Below, piece by piece: positions 26,934 to 32,000 of a DNA stretch of 32,000 bases. The translations under genes and the position numbers were made by a program. The notes beneath the pieces were generated by a model. It saw only the letters and a program-made list of their open reading frames with translations. It was not told the origin of the DNA and searched no databases. The first letter of the stretch is position 1. Each line of letters starts with the position of its first letter. Source of the DNA: Akkermansia muciniphila ATCC BAA-835 (GTDB taxonomy: Bacteria > Verrucomicrobiota > Verrucomicrobiia > Verrucomicrobiales > Akkermansiaceae); assembly GCF_000020225.1 (NCBI RefSeq), contig NC_010655.1, positions 2,250,001 through 2,282,000 of the forward strand, written 5' to 3'.

Positions 26934-28280
26934 ATGCAGATAATGAACAGACCAGCACCATCAGTCCCCACCGCCGATATTCCGGTAGAGGCCATGCTGG
27001 CAGAGGTGCGGAAGCCGCTGGGACCCGTTTGGTGGAGCGTGTTTCTCGCCAGCGCATTGCTGGCGGCGTGGGGCATAGGGTGGAGTTCCTGGCGCATTGC
27101 CGCAGAGGGTGTGGGCGTGCTGGGGGTGAATAATAACGTGGTGTGGGGGCTGGACATCGTGCATTTTGTTTTCTGGATAGGCCTGGGGCATGCGGGCACC
27201 CTGATTTCCGCCGTCCTGCTGCTGACGCGCCAGTCATGGAGAAGCCCGATTGCGCGCGGAGCGGAACAGATGACCCTGTGCGCGGTTATCTGCGCCGCCG
27301 TTTTCCCTGTGGTGCACGTAGGGCGTGTCTGGATGGCGTGGATGGCTTCCCCGTTGCCGGAAGTGAGCGGAATTTGGCCGGACATGGCCTCTCCTTTGAT
27401 GTGGGATGTCATGGCAGTCAGCACCTATTTTCTTCTTTCCCTGTTGTACTGGTATATCGGCCTGGTGCCGGATTTCGCGTTGCTGAGGGATTGCTGCAAG
27501 GGGCGTCTGAGGCGCCGGTACGGGTGGCTGGCGCTGGGCTGGCAGGGAACGGGGCGCCAGTGGCGCGCCTATGAAAAGGCCAGCCTTCTTTTTGCGGTTA
27601 TTCTGACTCCTCTCGTGGTATCCGTTCATTCCGTGGTGAGTTTCGATTTTTCCGTGACTCAGGTGCCGGGGTGGCACCAGAGCATTTTCCCGCCCTATTT
27701 CGTAGGGGGGGCCATCCTCAGCGGCATGGCGATGGTTCAGCTGATTCTGCTGGGGGTGAGACGTCTGATGGCCGGCAGCGGCGTTCGCCGGGCCGTTACT
27801 CCGGCCATTCTGGATTTAAGTTCCCGGTTTGTGCTGGCCCTGAGCCTGGTGATGGGAGCCATGTATTTGTGGGAGCATCTGGCAGCCATTCTGAATGGAG
27901 GCTCTCCGGAGCCGTTTCCGGGCAGAAATCCTGTGAATGCCGTGTTCCTCATCGTCATGGTTGCCGGGAATGTGGCGCTGCCCCAGTTGTTCTGGTTCCG
28001 TTCTCTGCGAACCAACCGCTGGGTGATCGCCGCCGTGGCTCTGGGAGTGCTTGCGGGCATGTGGATGGAACGTTTCTGGATTGTCGTGAATTCCCTGAAG
28101 GCATCCCTGCTGGCTGCCAACATCGGAGAGTATTTCCCCAGCGTGACGGATTTGGCCATGATGGCCGGGAGCGTGGGGCTGTTTATGGCCCTGTACATGG
28201 CGCTGGTGCGTGTGGCTCCGTTCTTCTCCCTGTGCGACGTGCGGGAACAGCAATCCCTGAACAAGGAGGGCGGGGCATGA
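26934..28280 (+). CDS. actC: Alternative Complex III subunit ActC (NrfD/PsrC-like quinol-interacting membrane subunit)
   Basis: A 448-aa polytopic protein with NrfD-family blocks: VVWGLDIVHFVFWIGLGHAGTLISAVL, MWDVMAVSTYFLLSLLYWYIGLVPD, IFPPYFVGGAILSGMAM. It is followed by the DUF3341, cytochrome c and ActF genes, which is the ACIII gene order. Confidence 0.85.
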   Translation: MQIMNRPAPSVPTADIPVEAMLAEVRKPLGPVWWSVFLASALLAAWGIGWSSWRIAAEGVGVLGVNNNVVWGLDIVHFVFWIGLGHAGTLISAVLLLTRQSWRSPIARGAEQMTLCAVICAAVFPVVHVGRVWMAWMASPLPEVSGIWPDMASPLMWDVMAVSTYFLLSLLYWYIGLVPDFALLRDCCKGRLRRRYGWLALGWQGTGRQWRAYEKASLLFAVILTPLVVSVHSVVSFDFSVTQVPGWHQSIFPPYFVGGAILSGMAMVQLILLGVRRLMAGSGVRRAVTPAILDLSSRFVLALSLVMGAMYLWEHLAAILNGGSPEPFPGRNPVNAVFLIVMVAGNVALPQLFWFRSLRTNRWVIAAVALGVLAGMWMERFWIVVNSLKASLLAANIGEYFPSVTDLAMMAGSVGLFMALYMALVRVAPFFSLCDVREQQSLNKEGGA

Positions 28281-28837
28281 AAAAGCCCGTCATTTCCGGC
28301 TGGGTGCTTTCCTTCGGTTCGGAGAAGGCGCTCCTTCAGGCCGTCCGCGTGCTGGTGAAGGAGGAAAATCTGCGCTGGGAGGTTTGCGCACCTTACCCCT
28401 GCGCCGCTGTTCGTTTTGCCAACAGGCACGCCGGGAAGGCCGTGGGAGCAGGCGTTCGGCTGTGGGCCGCAGCGGGCGGCGTCTGCGGGTTTCTGGCCGT
28501 GGCTCTGTGGCTTTACTGGACGCAGTTCTGTGCGGATCCCCTTGTGACCCAGGGAAGGGTCCAGGGCTGGGACAGCTGGCCCGCATATGTCCCTCCCCTG
28601 TTTGAAGGAACTTTGCTGGGGGCCGGATTGCTGACCGCCGCCGGTTTTCTGAAGGGGGCTCTTCTCCCGCAATGGCACGACTGGGCGTTCGAGTGTGATT
28701 TTTTCAGGACGGATGAGCACGGGAACGGTTACTTCATTCTGCTGGAAGGCGGGAGCGAAGGCTATGCCGCCGTTTTGGCTGAAGCCCTGCATCCGGATGC
28801 CTGCGAGTACGTTCATGGGAAAGGAGGCCGGGCATGA
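28277..28837 (+). CDS. actD: Alternative Complex III subunit ActD (DUF3341 membrane protein), 186 aa
   Basis: The start is the ATG at 28277, overlapping the actC stop (ATGA). The first 202 codons of the track ORF overlap actC and are rejected. The pattern ...VCAPYPC...(two TM helices)...WPAYVPPLFEGTLLGAGLLT... fits DUF3341/ActD. Confidence 0.7.
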   Translation: MKKPVISGWVLSFGSEKALLQAVRVLVKEENLRWEVCAPYPCAAVRFANRHAGKAVGAGVRLWAAAGGVCGFLAVALWLYWTQFCADPLVTQGRVQGWDSWPAYVPPLFEGTLLGAGLLTAAGFLKGALLPQWHDWAFECDFFRTDEHGNGYFILLEGGSEGYAAVLAEALHPDACEYVHGKGGRA

Positions 28838-29496
28838 GAGGAGGCATCACGGCGGTAGCAGCCCTTGTTCTGCTGGGAGCACTCTGGTTCCTGGCAGGGG
28901 ACGACGATGGAAGAAATGCCGTTCCCCGTTTGTTTGACAATATGAATGATCGTCCTCTGGCGGATGCCCAGCAGGTGGGGATTTCTTCCGCCGCTCCGGA
29001 CCGGAAAGCGCGCCTGACGCCTCCCCGTTCCGTGGCGCAGTCCCTGGGCATGAACGGAACGGTCCGAAAACGGGAGGATGACCGGGACTCCTTTGCTGCG
29101 GAAGGTTCCTATTTTTCCTCCGGCCGCATGCAGGGCGGAGAGGAGGATTCCATGCCTCTGGAACTGGGCGGCATCTCCCGCAGCCGCGACGTGCTGGCGG
29201 AGGGGCGCGCGCTTTATCTGGCGCATTGCGCCGTTTGCCACGGAGAGGACGGAAGCGGACGCGGAAGCATGGCCGCTTATGACACCTATCCGCAAATAGG
29301 CCCCTTCCGGGATGAAAAATATGCTTCCTATTCTTCTGGAAAAATGTTCAGGAGCATTCGGTTGGGGCAGGGGAACATGCCCGCTTTCGGAAACATTCTC
29401 ACGGCGCGGGAAATCTGGTGTCTGGTGGCGTTTATCCGCCATTTGCAAGCGCCGCCGGAAGAACCTGCCGTTCAACAAAAGGAACAACATTCATGA
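28834..29496 (+). CDS. actE: Monohaem c-type cytochrome (ACIII subunit ActE-like)
   Basis: It has an N-terminal anchor or signal (ITAVAALVLLGALWFLAG), a single CxxCH (CAVCH) and a distal Met region GQGNMPAFG. The ATG overlaps the actD stop (ATGA at 28834). Confidence 0.8.
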   Translation: MRGGITAVAALVLLGALWFLAGDDDGRNAVPRLFDNMNDRPLADAQQVGISSAAPDRKARLTPPRSVAQSLGMNGTVRKREDDRDSFAAEGSYFSSGRMQGGEEDSMPLELGGISRSRDVLAEGRALYLAHCAVCHGEDGSGRGSMAAYDTYPQIGPFRDEKYASYSSGKMFRSIRLGQGNMPAFGNILTAREIWCLVAFIRHLQAPPEEPAVQQKEQHS

Positions 29497-30725
29497 ACAG
29501 CAATACATCTTCAACAGGCGGGGAACGCCAGGACCGTCCGGGATTCGGCTGGGCCGGGCGTTCCGCTGCCCTTTCCCTGTGGATCATTTCCGTTCTATTA
29601 TGGTGCGTGCTGATGCGCCAGTCCTTTACGGCCATGCCCTGGGACGACATGACGGTAGCCGGAGAAAGGTTGCAGGAATTGAGAAGGCCGTTCGCCGCTG
29701 CCGGAATGGCCGTAGGGGTCCTTGGCTCCAGCCTCTGTCTGGGGTGCCTGTTCTGGCTCTGCCTGTCTTCACTGACGGGTTCCGGCTGGGGCATTGCGCT
29801 GAGAAGGGTGCTGGCGGCGGGTTGCTGGGGGTTTTTACCCGGTGTTTTGGTATTGGCCGGAACGGTCGGCTGCCTGACTACCGTGATTTTTCCGGAAGCA
29901 GCCCGCTACTGGGGAGTGGCGGATGTTGCCTCTCCCGGCGTCCAGCCCTTCGGCGTTCTGGATTTGGCTGACTTCTCATGGTGGAACCCGGCATGGCTGT
30001 ACGTGCGCGTGGGGAGTATTGCGGTGCTTTCTTGGAGCATGGCCCAGGTATGGGAAACGCTGGTTGCGGAAAAAAATGTCTGGCAGCCTTCCTTCCGCCG
30101 GGGCTCTGCCGCCTTCTGCATGGTTGTGACGGTGATGATGCTGGGCCTGCTGGGGATGGACATGCTGGGAGGGACGGGAAAGGTCGTTCTTTCCATGTTC
30201 CCCGTATACATGATTGCATATGTTCTGCTGGTGTCCCTGGCATTCGCTGTGTTGTCTGCCGTGTTCCTGAGGCGGCTGGACGGAGGGAAGGAGCTGCCTT
30301 GGCCCCGCCTGGGCGGCATGCTGACGGCTATGGTTCTGGTGAAAGCCTATATTGTGTATTCTCAGTACATGATTACCTGGTACGCCTCCATTCCGGCTGA
30401 AATGTCCTTTTATAACGCAGCCGCTTCCTCCGGCTGGTCCGGAATGTTTGCCGCGGCTCTTGTTCTTCAGCTTCTGCTGCCTTTCCTTATTTTGCTGTTC
30501 CCCGCGTTGAGACGCCGGCCGTCCGCGTTGGGCGCTGTATGCGCCGGGGTGCTGTTTGGCTCCCTGCTGGAAGCATGCTGGATGTTCGGCCCCGGACTTG
30601 GGCTGGACCCGTCCGCATGGAAGGCATGGCTTCCGCTTGTCCTGCTCTTGGGAGGGATGGCCCTGATCTGCTGTTTTTCCTTCCTGGGGGCACTGAGCGT
30701 CCGCAGGGTATTTCCCGAATCATGA
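29493..30725 (+). CDS. actF: Alternative Complex III subunit ActF (second NrfD-like membrane subunit), 410 aa
   Basis: The start is the ATG at 29493 (ATGA overlap with the actE stop), and 25 upstream track codons are rejected. It is polytopic and contains YSQYMITWYASIPAEMSFY, which resembles the conserved (L/M)I(I/T)WYANIPEE block of ActF proteins. Confidence 0.7.
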   Translation: MNSNTSSTGGERQDRPGFGWAGRSAALSLWIISVLLWCVLMRQSFTAMPWDDMTVAGERLQELRRPFAAAGMAVGVLGSSLCLGCLFWLCLSSLTGSGWGIALRRVLAAGCWGFLPGVLVLAGTVGCLTTVIFPEAARYWGVADVASPGVQPFGVLDLADFSWWNPAWLYVRVGSIAVLSWSMAQVWETLVAEKNVWQPSFRRGSAAFCMVVTVMMLGLLGMDMLGGTGKVVLSMFPVYMIAYVLLVSLAFAVLSAVFLRRLDGGKELPWPRLGGMLTAMVLVKAYIVYSQYMITWYASIPAEMSFYNAAASSGWSGMFAAALVLQLLLPFLILLFPALRRRPSALGAVCAGVLFGSLLEACWMFGPGLGLDPSAWKAWLPLVLLLGGMALICCFSFLGALSVRRVFPES

Positions 30726-32000
30726 TGAACCGTACCGCCGCCGTTTTTTTTCTGTTTTCCCGCCGTCCGGGCGAGTATCTCCCCCTGTTCTGGCTGACAG
30801 GGGCTTTCGTGCTGGGTTTCCTGTGGTCGCTGGCGTACGCTTCCGGTCTGGTGGCGGAGGAGCCTTTGCCGTGGCCGGCCGGCCGCCTCATGTTCGCATT
30901 CTACGGCATGCTGGTGTACGGCTGGGCCCTCCCCGTCCTGTTTTCCTTTGCGGCGGGAAGCAGGAGCCGGTGGATGAAACCCGTAGAATGGCTCTGGCAT
31001 GCCTGCGTTGCGTTGGGGTTGGCGACTATTGCCGCGGGAAATGGGAGCGGCGTGCTCCTGATGCCTTTTGACTGGTGGGTTTGCCCGGTTTTTGCCTTCC
31101 TTGCCGCAGGGGCGGCGTGCGTCGCATGGTTCCGTCCGTTTCCGTGGACTGTACGGCTGTTGTTCAGTTCCTCCGCCGGGTGTGTGGCCGCGGCCCTTTG
31201 GGCGTTGGGACATACGCAGGCATTGTCCATGAATGGCCTGCTGGATGTTTCCGCCCTGGGAGGAAGCCTGTCCTGCGGGCTGATGTTTGCCGCCCTGGGA
31301 GCGGCGGCGCTCCGCCTGGATATGGCGCTGGGGAGGGCAGCCGGAATCCTGTCCGTCTGGATGGCCCTGGTGCTGGCGGCGGCTCCGGTGATTGGCGGGC
31401 TGGGGGGGCTTCAGGGGGTTCCCGTGCCGTGGATGTTGGTGGAGGCCGGTACCGCCTGGTTTTGGTGCGCCGTTCTTCCCGCCGTCCTGGCGGTGGCGCG
31501 TTTTTGGATAAAATCCGGTACGAAGACCGGAATATGGGTGAAGACCGGAGTTTCCCTGCTTGCCTTGCTGGCGGCATGGAACGTGTTTGTTGTGGGTGCG
31601 CCTGAGCTGATGCAGTTTTCCCTGTCTGCATGGCATGAACCGGAATTATGGATTCTGCTGGGGGCCGGAGTTTTGATGATGGCAGGGGGGAAGGCCCCCG
31701 GACATTTCCCTGCGGCATGGCGGCTGTTGGGCGCAGGCGTCTGCGGCGTGCTTCTGGCGTATGCCGTGGGCGTGCTTGCCGCCCTGGATGTCCAGGCTTT
31801 TCCTGAGGCCCGTCGCGCGGAGCTGATGAGCGGCTGGGTGGGCATGGCTGCCTGCATCCACGCCGTAGCCATGGCTTTTTGCCTGGCGGGCAGCCTCTGC
31901 CTGTGGCGGCCAGCGGGAGCGGAAGACGGAGGCCGGGAGTCTTCCCCTCCGTTTTTGCGGCGTTTCTTCTTCATTTCAGCCGTAGCGGCGGCTTTGGCGC
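30722..32000 (+). CDS. Uncharacterised Trp-rich polytopic membrane protein, 3'-truncated by the window end (at least 426 aa); NOT in the supplied ORF track
   Basis: By manual translation, the frame starting at ATG 30722 (ATGA overlap with the actF stop) has no stop codon through 31999. It reads MMNRTAAVFFLFSRRPGEYLPLFWLTGAFVLGFLWSLAYASG...WVCPVFAFLAAGAACVAWF...ILSVWMALVLAAAPVIGG...SLLALLAAWNVFVVGA... and contains many hydrophobic helices, with about 24 Trp by hand count. Competing listed ORFs on the other strand or frames are Arg/Pro/Gly/Gln-rich shadow ORFs. Confidence 0.7.
   Translation, partial: MMNRTAAVFFLFSRRPGEYLPLFWLTGAFVLGFLWSLAYASGLVAEEPLPWPAGRLMFAFYGMLVYGWALPVLFSFAAGSRSRWMKPVEWLWHACVALGLATIAAGNGSGVLLMPFDWWVCPVFAFLAAGAACVAWFRPFPWTVRLLFSSSAGCVAAALWALGHTQALSMNGLLDVSALGGSLSCGLMFAALGAAALRLDMALGRAAGILSVWMALVLAAAPVIGGLGGLQGVPVPWMLVEAGTAWFWCAVLPAVLAVARFWIKSGTKTGIWVKTGVSLLALLAAWNVFVVGAPELMQFSLSAWHEPELWILLGAGVLMMAGGKAPGHFPAAWRLLGAGVCGVLLAYAVGVLAALDVQAFPEARRAELMSGWVGMAACIHAVAMAFCLAGSLCLWRPAGAEDGGRESSPPFLRRFFFISAVAAALA

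Noticed and set aside
27671-28276. 202-codon N-terminal extension of the actD track ORF, plus the 359-aa minus-strand ORF 27737..28816
   Set aside because: Both overlap actC/actD and have Arg/Gly/Pro-rich, non-membrane sequence. The ATGA junction at 28277 and the DUF3341 pattern begin at MKKPVISG.
30467-31974. Minus-strand ORFs 30467..31636 (389 aa), 31164..31718 and 31411..31974, and plus-strand ORFs 30823..31071 and 31075..31605
   Set aside because: All are Arg/Pro/Gly/Gln-rich low-complexity products. The +2 frame from 30722 is continuously open and encodes a coherent multi-helix membrane protein coupled to actF.
1-32000. CRISPR arrays, tRNA/rRNA genes, IS elements, integrases, and long direct or inverted repeats flanking the AT-rich island
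   Set aside because: I found none on visual inspection. Intergenic gaps are short (at most 337 bp), and the only similarity at the island edges is trivial (tagttt, ctatt). A computational repeat/tRNA scan would be needed for certainty.

Overview
The window reads as a compact, GC-rich (about 52-57% on hand-counted lines) bacterial chromosome segment. The gene content and protein sequences look Verrucomicrobiota/Akkermansia-like, but that is inference only. It is almost entirely housekeeping. In order, it contains: (1) the 3' end of alr; (2) a five-gene Opp/Dpp/Yej-type peptide ABC importer (2 permeases, binding protein, 2 ATPases) on the minus strand; (3) a co-directional minus-strand string of fhs, panE, an AT-rich foreign gene, a membrane-anchored helical protein and a metallophosphoesterase; (4) DUF1287, purD and ssb; (5) tonB-like, exbB, exbD and def; (6) an alpha-glucan cluster (GH57, GT4-type glucan synthase, GH31 alpha-glucosidase); (7) menF, divergently paired with the membrane arm of an Alternative Complex III (actC-actD-actE-actF). 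After actF comes a long open frame that runs off the window end and is missing from the supplied ORF track. Three items stand out. First, a ~2 kb compositional island (about 32-42% GC on sampled lines) is filled by one 660-aa ORF that fuses a PD-(D/E)xK nuclease motif to a DUF2075/SF1-type P-loop helicase. It is a candidate single-gene anti-phage nuclease-helicase with no visible mobility genes. Second, the ACIII operon starts at actC, with no actA/actB upstream. Third, the unlisted Trp-rich polytopic membrane ORF is translationally coupled to actF. I found no rRNA, tRNA, CRISPR array, transposase or integrase. Many long ORFs in the track are antisense shadow ORFs of real genes and were rejected.
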